Position numbers and translations under genes: made by a program. The notes under the pieces are model-generated. The model ran no database searches and was not told where the DNA came from. It saw only the letters and a list, made by a program, of their open reading frames with translations. From a virus, in IMG/VR virus record IMGVR_UViG_3300045988_144119, positions 13,719-77,718 of that record: DNA of 64,000 bases; one strand, written 5' to 3'. Below, piece by piece: positions 37,358 to 44,988 of this stretch (positions are counted from its first letter, which is position 1; each line of letters opens with the position of its first letter).

Positions 37358-37948
37358 TCACAAAGTGAATGCTGCTACTGCCCGCACCCTGTAACTGTAG
37401 CACTTGTCGCCGTTGCTCGTCTGCCCACTGAAGAAGTGTACGTACCAACTGAGGCTGAGACTGTACTCAGTACTGGACCAATACCATGTGGAAGATAACG
37501 GTTCTTTGCCTATGTACCTCAGCACATCGTTTATATTATCTTGATAATGAGCCATTAAATTAAGCTGTCCTAATGATGGGATATATTCGTCATCTTTCAG
37601 CAGATTAGACAGTTTAGGATTTCGCTCAATCAGTTGAGCAGTGTTACGCTGTCCATTCATATCAAATAGTGCATCACATTCACGCCCATAATAGATTTGA
37701 TTTCCAAATTCCTCTCGGCTGTCATTGTCAAGCAACTGAACATCCTTATGCTCCGTCAACGAGATGGCAAACGATACGTCTTTGTGCTTTAATCCGATGT
37801 ATCGTACACAATCTTTGAAGTTATCGCCGGTAAACGGTTCTGCATGTCCGTCTTCGTAGATTAGATACAAGCCGTTGGTCCAGTCTGCCCTGTCTTCTTT
37901 AGTCGGCATCATAACCGATTGGCGTAAATTTTCAATGTTAACCTTCAT
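37358..37948 (-). CDS. DUF1566 (Lcl C-terminal domain)-like protein
   Basis: TWYWSSTEYSLSLSWYVHFFSGQTSNGDKCYSYRVRAVAAF fits the yWSST...aw.v.f..G...k....vR.V pattern. Confidence 0.55.
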   Translation of the reverse strand: MKVNIENLRQSVMMPTKEDRADWTNGLYLIYEDGHAEPFTGDNFKDCVRYIGLKHKDVSFAISLTEHKDVQLLDNDSREEFGNQIYYGRECDALFDMNGQRNTAQLIERNPKLSNLLKDDEYIPSLGQLNLMAHYQDNINDVLRYIGKEPLSSTWYWSSTEYSLSLSWYVHFFSGQTSNGDKCYSYRVRAVAAFTL

Positions 37949-37973
37949 CGTCTTATTGTTTTTAAATTATTGC

Positions 37974-38567
37974 TCAATACTTTTTCCCATTTTTGTTTTC
38001 TCTCAATTCATTGTATCTCATCTTCTGATTGATGTGCCATGTGAGGTCTATGTCCAAATGGTTGGCAAGCCCGAAAATAGCCAATAGCATGCTATTTAAT
38101 TGCTTTTCTAATGGATAGTCATATTCATACGCATATCTGATGGGAATTGTGGATATAGCATATATACTTTCTGTAAAGGTCTCATCCTCACAACTTTCCT
38201 CCGCCTCGTATAACATTTCTTCCGTAAAATCCTCGATGTCTATCTTACGCAATCCGCACAAATCAAGCAGGCGTATAGCTGCATCGGCAAGTTCATCGGG
38301 AAGTGTATCTTTTACATTCTTTTCAAAGGAACACTTAAATCGCTTTTCTTCTTCCACTAATGGAGGATAGCAATTATAGTCCATTTCAAAACGTGATTTA
38401 CATTTCTTTCCTAATCTTCCCTTTCTATCTGCCTCCACAGCTTCCATAAGCTCGGATATAACTAAACAAAGGTGGTGTTTATTACTCAATTCCTCATCGT
38501 GAAAACCGTGTTCACAAGCGGTTTTATAAGCGCGATCGCGCAATTCGTTTAAATTAATATTGTTCAT
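37974..38567 (-). CDS. MazG-like nucleotide pyrophosphohydrolase
   Basis: N-terminus LRDRAYKTACEHGFHDEE...LCLVISELMEAVEADRKG fits the all-alpha NTP-PPase EexxE/A motif. Confidence 0.55.
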   Translation of the reverse strand: MNNINLNELRDRAYKTACEHGFHDEELSNKHHLCLVISELMEAVEADRKGRLGKKCKSRFEMDYNCYPPLVEEEKRFKCSFEKNVKDTLPDELADAAIRLLDLCGLRKIDIEDFTEEMLYEAEESCEDETFTESIYAISTIPIRYAYEYDYPLEKQLNSMLLAIFGLANHLDIDLTWHINQKMRYNELRENKNGKKY

Positions 38568-38854
38568 TTCCTTATTCCTAATTTGATTTCTTCATCCTTG
38601 ATTATTCTCCAATCTTATCGACTTCCTCATACCGTTCCTTATTTATCCACATCTTTGCAGTTCCAAGAGCTGGGTGATGTAAACAATGTCGTTACGATAT
38701 GGCACATGACGGACGCATTTTTCTATCTCATCAAACCTATTCTCCATGCATCTGTGACACTTGCTTACCAAAATTAAGGTAAAAATGCCAAAGTACAAAA
38801 ATTTAATGGGGCAAGTACGGATTTAAATATTAATTCTGCTGTTTCCATACTTAT

Positions 38855-39043
38855 TTAATCATAAATCAATAGCTTTGCAGTCCAATAGAATATCACACAA
38901 TATAACGCGTATCCGAGTAATCTTTCGCAAGTTTGCGAAGGTTCTAATCCTGTAATAAAGTCCCACATATTATACTCATATACACAAATTAGATATGATA
39001 TGATGGCAGATGCCAATACATATGTGAATTTTCTCATAATCAT
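38855..39043 (-). CDS. small membrane protein (62 aa)
   Basis: Two hydrophobic segments; overlaps the upstream gene by 4 nt. Confidence 0.45.
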   Translation of the reverse strand: MIMRKFTYVLASAIISYLICVYEYNMWDFITGLEPSQTCERLLGYALYCVIFYWTAKLLIYD

Positions 39044-39447
39044 ATAAGTTTTAATGCTTCTTGTATTCCAGCTTCCAGTGCTTCCTCGTAGGTGGTGACA
39101 TATACTTTATAGCCATTCCCTTTGCTTATTTCGTTCTCCATCCAGTCGCTTTCTTCTGTTGGAACATTGAAATCACAAAAAGAGACCTTCCATTTTTTCC
39201 CAATAACAGGTTCTACCCATACATACACACTTATTTCTCGTAGCCATTTCTGGGCTTGGTATAAAGAAGGAATCGGCATTGCGTTCTTAATATTCTTGTG
39301 ACGCACGATTTTCTCATTAATGATACAATCCCTAGAAGCTCCAATGACGTCATCATCTTGGTCTAATATACAATATTCATAAGTCTCGTCAAATCCTTTC
39401 TCTTTCAGCAGCTTCGCAGTCTCTAGTGTTACAAGTTCTTCGGTCAT
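39040..39447 (-). CDS. hypothetical protein (135 aa)
   Basis: ORF in a tight operon; no motif recognised. Confidence 0.55.
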   Translation of the reverse strand: MTEELVTLETAKLLKEKGFDETYEYCILDQDDDVIGASRDCIINEKIVRHKNIKNAMPIPSLYQAQKWLREISVYVWVEPVIGKKWKVSFCDFNVPTEESDWMENEISKGNGYKVYVTTYEEALEAGIQEALKLI

Positions 39448-39449
39448 GG

Positions 39450-39794
39450 TTATTCCTTTTTTAATTCATTCAAAACCTTCTTTACGAGCTCGTGGCGTGG
39501 TAATTGCCAATCCTTCGCAATATCATCTATTTTATCATCATAATGATTGTCGTAAACATACTGATTTAAGTTGTCAACAAACCCATCACTATCAAGTCCT
39601 TCGTCACAATCATCAAACATATCAAGTTCATAGGCTAACTTGGAGCATTCACTGTGACTTACCCAGTCATAAACACGACCGTCATAAACATTGGTCTGTC
39701 TGTTATATTTTTCTCCAACGGAAATTACTTCACCGCAAAAATCGCACCTATGTTCTTTGCGAGCGACAAGAGTTCCATTTCTTAATACTTTCAT
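39450..39794 (-). CDS. hypothetical Cys-containing protein (114 aa)
   Basis: CDFCGEVI...HSEC arrangement suggests a small zinc-binding module. Confidence 0.5.
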   Translation of the reverse strand: MKVLRNGTLVARKEHRCDFCGEVISVGEKYNRQTNVYDGRVYDWVSHSECSKLAYELDMFDDCDEGLDSDGFVDNLNQYVYDNHYDDKIDDIAKDWQLPRHELVKKVLNELKKE

Positions 39795-39796
39795 AG

Positions 39797-39994
39797 TTAT
39801 TCCTCCTTCTCTATTTTTACTTTTCCACGGTTAACAAAACCATCACAGTTCATCAAAGCACAAAGACAGACGGAATATTCTTCCTTTTCTGACTTACTGT
39901 AAATGCGCAACAGTGAGCATTGGTTGCATGGGACATTTTCACTCGTCATCTCATGCAACACTCCATTTATTATTATTCCGTTCTTTATTTCCAT
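39797..39994 (-). CDS. hypothetical small Cys-rich protein (65 aa)
   Basis: ORF in operon; several Cys residues. Confidence 0.45.
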   Translation of the reverse strand: MEIKNGIIINGVLHEMTSENVPCNQCSLLRIYSKSEKEEYSVCLCALMNCDGFVNRGKVKIEKEE

Positions 39995-39997
39995 ATC

Positions 39998-40399
39998 TCA
40001 ATCTCCTTTCTCTTTAATTCGTTCCAGTACATCCCTGTTGGATTCTAGTATCTCATCGAAAGACGGTATTGGCATCCAATAGATTACATCATCTCTATGA
40101 TAACTCTCACTTGCAGCGCAGTCATACCAAAAGTGATATTCCATATCTTCGTTGTAATCTTCATCATAATGCGCTATCCTTATTGTTCCATCTTCAAGCG
40201 CCACTAATTTTTCGTTTGTATCTTCCGGCAACCGTTCCTTAACGCTTATCCACGGGGATTGCTTGGACTGCCACTCAGCACCTTGGATGAAATTTATCTC
40301 TCCAAACCTTGCCAAATCTTTACCAAACAAAGTCCTGTCAACTGTCCTGTGATTAAACAAGATATTTTCCCTTGCCGCTTCTTCTACTGTCTGTTTCAT
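39998..40399 (-). CDS. DUF551-like protein
   Basis: SPWISVKERLPEDTNEKLV is the typical W.sv.d.LPe motif of DUF551. Confidence 0.5.
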   Translation of the reverse strand: MKQTVEEAARENILFNHRTVDRTLFGKDLARFGEINFIQGAEWQSKQSPWISVKERLPEDTNEKLVALEDGTIRIAHYDEDYNEDMEYHFWYDCAASESYHRDDVIYWMPIPSFDEILESNRDVLERIKEKGD

Positions 40400-40410
40400 A
40401 ATTTAATCAA

Positions 40411-40632
40411 TTAGGGGTGATGTGGTTGAATGTTCAATTCGTTTTCTATAAATCTCTGTAACTTATGGGCACATTCCGAGCATAAGTCGGCTTCTTGGAT
40501 GAATATATCTTCCCTTCCACCAACAGAGCCGCCACCCCATTCGTCTATCTTGAAATCCAATCTTGCGCTGCGGAAATACGATGGCTGTATCTCTCTTCCG
40601 CATGCATCACATATTATCGTTACTTTTTTCAT
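40411..40632 (-). CDS. small zinc-ribbon protein (73 aa)
   Basis: CDACG ... CSECAHK. Confidence 0.45.
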   Translation of the reverse strand: MKKVTIICDACGREIQPSYFRSARLDFKIDEWGGGSVGGREDIFIQEADLCSECAHKLQRFIENELNIQPHHP

Positions 40633-40665
40633 ATTTTATTACTAAAAAGATTACGTTTCCCCCCC

Positions 40666-40893
40666 TTATAAATCCAATAGCTCACTAATGTTATCTATGA
40701 CTTCCCCGTCTGTCAACGTATCATCCAGGATGATAGATTTAATCTGGTCTGAAAGCCATGATGTGCCATTTTCAAAACCAAGAGCAATCATGTCTTTAAT
40801 ATCGGAAACGCCATTCGGAACTCCGTTTGTCCCGAATAAATCAATTACTGATTCTGCATATTCTTTTGCTGCTTCTTCTAATTTCTGTTTCAT
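40666..40893 (-). CDS. hypothetical small acidic protein (75 aa)
   Basis: ORF in operon. Confidence 0.45.
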   Translation of the reverse strand: MKQKLEEAAKEYAESVIDLFGTNGVPNGVSDIKDMIALGFENGTSWLSDQIKSIILDDTLTDGEVIDNISELLDL

Positions 40894-40912
40894 ATCTGCT
40901 ATGTTTTGAGGG

Positions 40913-41833
40913 TCATTTAATTTTTAAGAAGTTGCTCATTCGCTCAATGCATCTTTGTTTTTGATTGAGATTGGGATGCACATATAAATTGAGTGTGGTA
41001 GCGATATTCGAATGTCCAAGAATTACACTCACTGTCTTATAATCGCATTGACTTTCAATGCATCTGGTAGCAAATGTATGCCGGAGTCCATGAAACACAA
41101 TGTGCGGAATATTCAGACGCTTCAAGAGCCGGGCAAAGAAATCACGGTAAGAACGGGGATCTTCCGGACGTCCTGATGTTCCTACTACAAATCGGGACGG
41201 AGATATTTTCTTTACTTCCTTCAAGGCAAAGAGAAGCTGTCTTGAGATAGGTATCTCCCGGTATGAATTTCGTGTTTTGGGAGAAGTGAAAGTCCTTTCC
41301 GTAGTTCTTGATTCGCAGTTGTATATCCTTCCTGCTGTATAACTAATGGTGATTACCTTCTGTCTGAAATCCACATCTTCCCATCGCAGGGCACACACCT
41401 CTCCAATCCTCATGCCGGTACACAGAGACAGCAGAATGCCTATATTCTTAGGAGTTGGGGATTCGGTGAGATGGCTCATCAGTATCTGTTGATGGTTTAA
41501 GGACAAAGTAGGCAAACGGTGAGATTCGGTATCTGTAGGATAGTTTATCTCCCACTCCTCATAAGGGAATAACTTATGTTTCCCACCATACTTGACTATA
41601 GATTTCAGCACCGCCACAATATCCCTTACGGTTTTTTTAGCAAGACCAGAGGAAAGCTTGTAGAGAACAAATTTCTGAACGTCGCTTTCCGATATAGCTG
41701 TCGCCGTCCCATAATATGGGAGTAAATGGGTTTGAAGGGTAAGCATATACGCGCACATCGTGGCATGCTTTATAATGGGCTGCTTCGCAGCACTCCAAAT
41801 CCTGGCGACTTCTTGAAATGTTTTAGTATTCAT
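40913..41833 (-). CDS. int: tyrosine recombinase / integrase
   Basis: GMRIGEVCALRWEDVD (Arg), HGLRHTFATRCIE (H-x-x-R), LGHSNIATTLNLYVH (His, Tyr). Confidence 0.85.
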   Translation of the reverse strand: MNTKTFQEVARIWSAAKQPIIKHATMCAYMLTLQTHLLPYYGTATAISESDVQKFVLYKLSSGLAKKTVRDIVAVLKSIVKYGGKHKLFPYEEWEINYPTDTESHRLPTLSLNHQQILMSHLTESPTPKNIGILLSLCTGMRIGEVCALRWEDVDFRQKVITISYTAGRIYNCESRTTERTFTSPKTRNSYREIPISRQLLFALKEVKKISPSRFVVGTSGRPEDPRSYRDFFARLLKRLNIPHIVFHGLRHTFATRCIESQCDYKTVSVILGHSNIATTLNLYVHPNLNQKQRCIERMSNFLKIK

Positions 41834-41845
41834 TTCTGTTCTGAT

Positions 41846-42190
41846 TTACATTAATTCAATTATAACCTTCTTAAAATTAACATATAAAGGCATTTCTGAC
41901 ATGCCCCCATTGTAATCCAACTGTCTTAAAGAGGGGACAACCTCTCCGTTATCATCAATCTCATAGTCTGCAATATAGGCTAACTTCTTCGCTTCGGGGA
42001 CCAATATCCTTTCATTGCTCAAAGGAGAAAACCTTTCATGGGACGGGACCGTTATACAGACCTTGCTTCCAATAGGGAGTCCTTGGTTGGATTCAATGTA
42101 TTCCTTTTCCAACTTCTCCTTTTCGCCGTTCAATTCTTTTAGCGTTAAATCGATGGCATCTCTTTTGCTCAGAAATTCTTCCTTATTCAT
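41846..42190 (-). CDS. hypothetical protein (114 aa)
   Basis: ORF in operon. Confidence 0.5.
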   Translation of the reverse strand: MNKEEFLSKRDAIDLTLKELNGEKEKLEKEYIESNQGLPIGSKVCITVPSHERFSPLSNERILVPEAKKLAYIADYEIDDNGEVVPSLRQLDYNGGMSEMPLYVNFKKVIIELM

Positions 42191-42202
42191 GTTTTTGTCA
42201 TT

Positions 42203-42685
42203 CTAATTGATTCTAACATACTTACCTGCTATATTACAAGTCCTTAATATCTCCGCATTATCCTCGCCAAAAGCGATTAAGATGGAACCACAACCGGGTG
42301 AATCTCCACGAGTCCCGTCCGGGCGAAAGAAACGAATCCTATTGCGCAAAAACTTCATCGCCGTTGCTTTTTCAAAAATTGTGTCTTGAAACATCTTTGA
42401 ATCGCAGCGATTGAAAAGTAAAGCGATACCGTTTCCATGCTCTGCCATCCTGCTGATGAATTTTTCAATTAGAGGCCGGGAATAAGGCGGGTTTAGCCAT
42501 ACACGGCCTTTCCATTCCTGTTTTAACCCATCAACGTTTTTATTATACATCACCTTAGCTGTTTGCCATAGTGGGTTGACCGGGGCACACGGATCTAAAT
42601 CAAATTCACCCAACGCTTCTATAATCTCCTTCGGCGTATACCATTCATCGGTAGCGCATGCTGACCGTTCAAATTGTGTATTCAT
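42203..42685 (-). CDS. dam: phage-type DNA N6-adenine methyltransferase
   Basis: DEWYTPKEIIEALGEFDLDPCA and NPPYS motifs typical of the phage Dam (N-6-adenine MTase) family. Confidence 0.8.
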   Translation of the reverse strand: MNTQFERSACATDEWYTPKEIIEALGEFDLDPCAPVNPLWQTAKVMYNKNVDGLKQEWKGRVWLNPPYSRPLIEKFISRMAEHGNGIALLFNRCDSKMFQDTIFEKATAMKFLRNRIRFFRPDGTRGDSPGCGSILIAFGEDNAEILRTCNIAGKYVRIN

Positions 42686-42697
42686 TCCTGATCTGTT

Positions 42698-43132
42698 TTA
42701 CTCTAATTGTTTATCGAAAATCTTAATACATTCAAATAAATAGTGCGCAATTATAGGTTGTACTGCATTGCCTATACACTCCGTTCTGTCCACCCTATCG
42801 GGAAGTTCATTAGACTTTCCAGCAAATCGGGGTGAGGGTATTGACTGTCTTGTTCTCCATCCCGGATATACTCGTGTATATTGCCCCGATAGGTAGGGCT
42901 CCCGAAATATCGATTCTTGGATGCTCCTCTTGCCGTTGACTTCACAGGAGTAGGCAATACAATATAATCGCTCCCGACCCTGTTGTATACCAAAGTCGGT
43001 GCCTGATAAACATTGCCATTCTGCATCATACCCGATTTCGGAAAGGTCGCATAAGACCCGTTCAAATCCCCGAATAAGGAGCATTGGACTGTTTTCAATG
43101 ATGATGTATTTAGGTCTAACTTCCCGTATAAC
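42698..43132 (-). pseudogene. DNA C5-cytosine methyltransferase remnant (N-terminally truncated, internally frameshifted)
   Basis: One frame reads RPKYIIIENSP...GYDAEWQCLSGTDFGIQQGRERLYCIAY...IGNAVQPIIAHYL (motifs VI, VIII, X). A second frame (43098-42772) reads LPTPVKSTARG...LMNFPIGWTE. Motifs I-IV are absent. Confidence 0.7.
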
Positions 43133-44006
43133 TCATTAGATTTTTATTAACACTATTTTCATGGCATATTTCTCTAAACATTAATTGATATTTTGGTTTT
43201 ATTAAATAATAAGCAAAAGTTTCAATTAAATCAACATCATCGTTTGTTCTACCTTGTATTTTGAAATGATTGATCCCTAAATTTAAATAAGTATTAATCA
43301 TATCAATTGTTACAACTTGTGGAGCATTTAATATTTCATAAAGATTACCATTACCGCAATAGCTTTCATGAATACATTTAAACGTAATATCATTGTTATT
43401 TATATTTAAATTAGATATATGTTCATAATGATTTTTTCTTGATTTACAATTGTTAGGACAAATTGTATTAACAATTATTTCAAGTTTATTACGAGTATGT
43501 TCTGGAAATAATGATATAGTTTTCCAGTCATTTATCATATATTCACTTAATACTATACGTTTATATTGATCTGTCTTTTTTATAATAGCTTCAAAATCAA
43601 AGCAAGCGGTAGTTGATAATATAAACTGTCCTCTTCTTATACCTTGATTTTCTAGCCATTTTTCAATATATAAATTAGAAAGACAAAAATAAGTATTTTT
43701 CTTATCAAATGTTGTTATAATTCGTGATGCATAATCATCTGGAAAGTATTGTTCGTTAGCAAATAGATTACTCATAATGATAGTTGGACATAAATTATGT
43801 TCTTTACAAAAATTTTCAACTTCTTTTTCATTGTTGAAATGTCCACTATTTCGTCCGCCATTTGCTACTCCACCATTAGATCCATAAAAAGATGATATAA
43901 TAAAGTTATCACGAAAAATATATGGATAATTTTCATATAATAAAATAGTTTGTTTTACTATATGAAATTTTTCAAATAGTCCTGGAAGATTAAAATAAAC
44001 TTTCAT
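43116..44006 (-). CDS. orphan, strongly AT-rich ORF (296 aa), weak U32 / TIM-barrel Fe-S enzyme-like hints
   Basis: Uninterrupted ORF 40 nt downstream of the tRNA-like element. GINHFKIQGR resembles the KIEGR motif of the peptidase U32 family. Two Cys pairs (CPNNC, CIHESYC). Composition is clearly AT-richer than the flanks. Confidence 0.5.
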   Translation of the reverse strand: MKVYFNLPGLFEKFHIVKQTILLYENYPYIFRDNFIISSFYGSNGGVANGGRNSGHFNNEKEVENFCKEHNLCPTIIMSNLFANEQYFPDDYASRIITTFDKKNTYFCLSNLYIEKWLENQGIRRGQFILSTTACFDFEAIIKKTDQYKRIVLSEYMINDWKTISLFPEHTRNKLEIIVNTICPNNCKSRKNHYEHISNLNINNNDITFKCIHESYCGNGNLYEILNAPQVVTIDMINTYLNLGINHFKIQGRTNDDVDLIETFAYYLIKPKYQLMFREICHENSVNKNLMSYTGS

Positions 44007-44046
44007 AAATTTTTGATAATTTTGAAGTTAATTTTATAAAAAGTAA

Positions 44047-44117
44047 TGGTAATAGGAGGGAGATTCGAACTCCCTTCTCTCTTAAGAGACTTCACTACCA
44101 CGCAAAGTTTTCCTATT
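44047..44117 (-). ncRNA. tRNA-like element lacking an anticodon arm, with encoded ACCA end
   Basis: Acceptor AATAGGA/TCCTATT (7 bp), D arm ACTT-TGCGTGGTAGTG-AAGT, T arm GGGAG-TTCGAAT-CTCCC, discriminator A plus CCA. Only TCTCTTAAGAGA stands where the 17-nt anticodon arm should be. Confidence 0.6.
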
Positions 44118-44259
44118 CCAGCTTTTTACGACATTAGCTTAGCCGTTGACTTATCGTATTACGCTGTAACACGAGTATAGTCTGTTACGAAAGATTTGTC
44201 ATTTCTGACGTCTATTGACCTATTCATTTTCATCTTCGCTGTCAAAACCAGATAGCCCC
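44118..44259 (-). ncRNA. tmRNA 5'-piece-like RNA (coding-piece candidate)
   Basis: Starts GGGGCTATCTGGTTTTGACAGCG (compare E. coli GGGGCTGATTCTGGATTCGACGGG). Contains AATAGAC followed by a 16-codon ORF ending TAA (44209-44159). The 3' boundary is not defined. Confidence 0.55.
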
Positions 44260-44346
44260 TTCGTTGTTTCTTTGTTATCGTAGTGAAACGCCACGGTCAG
44301 AAAGTTCTATGTCCTGATTTTACAAGATACTTTGCAAAGTAATTTG

Positions 44347-44398
44347 TGGAGCTAGAGGGAGTCGAACCCTCGTCCAAACGATTCATCTAATGACCTAA
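44347..44398 (-). ncRNA. tmRNA 3'-piece-like RNA (acceptor-piece candidate) or ssrA-type attP core
   Basis: GGAC GAGGG TTCGACT CCCTC TAGCTCC A; the acceptor strand is complementary to GGGGCTA at 44259-44253, including a G3-U pair. Confidence 0.6.
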
Positions 44399-44720
44399 CA
44401 GTCAATATAGTAGTATATAGTTAAATCAATAACTATATACTTAAATATAATAAACTGTAGGTAAGTATAATAAAAATAATAATCGGAAATATACTTATTA
44501 AATATAAAGGCAGATGCTTACTCTATATTTAAAGATTTACTTCTATATCTAATAATAGCGTCAATTATTACTTTACTATAGGCTCTAGGCTCGCTTACTC
44601 TACAGTTTTAAATAGGCTTTGATTGCATGTATAGTATAGCAAGTGCTCACGCAGAACGGACTCGATTGAACTATAGGCATAAAGCTCTCTATACATATAC
44701 AATTTGATTTTGTGTACATC

Positions 44721-44966
44721 TTATTGAATATTCTGATTAATGTAATCCACAATCTTTTCCAATCTACTTAAAGAAAACAAATGATTATTAAGCGTTCGCT
44801 TGCCTTCTTTCCATTCGTAAAATAATTGATAATATGGTGGATTGAGTGTCCGGTCAACCTTTATGCGATATTGATTAGTACCATATTCAGTTATAAGATT
44901 CTCAATATATTCGTCCGAATTTTCTAAATCAGTAACAAATACCATCTTATCAGTAGTAAGTATCAT
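44721..44966 (-). CDS. hypothetical protein (81 aa)
   Basis: ORF in operon. Confidence 0.5.
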   Translation of the reverse strand: MILTTDKMVFVTDLENSDEYIENLITEYGTNQYRIKVDRTLNPPYYQLFYEWKEGKRTLNNHLFSLSRLEKIVDYINQNIQ

Positions 44967-44988
44967 CTTTTAGTTCCTTTCTAATTTG

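Noticed and set aside
42772-43098. The 108-aa ORF as an independent gene
   Set aside because: Its sequence (LPTP...LMNFPIGWTE) is the middle portion of a C5-methyltransferase whose flanking motifs lie in another frame of the same DNA. It is better explained as part of one frameshifted pseudogene.
44047-44117. Calling this a genuine tRNA-Leu(UAA) because the loop region contains CTTAAGA
   Set aside because: With a 7-nt loop the flanking stem does not pair (A-A, G-A and C-A mismatches). The only stable hairpin has a 4-nt loop, and the element is 4-8 nt too short for a cloverleaf with an anticodon arm.
44347-44690. A conventional one-piece tmRNA gene running from about 44690 to 44347
   Set aside because: The candidate 5' end (AGAGCTT...) gives only 5 acceptor base pairs and no G3-U70. 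The interior is extremely AT-rich, with no pseudoknot-like GC helices and no ALAA-type tag ORF. The GGGGCTA at 44259 is a far better partner for the 3' strand.
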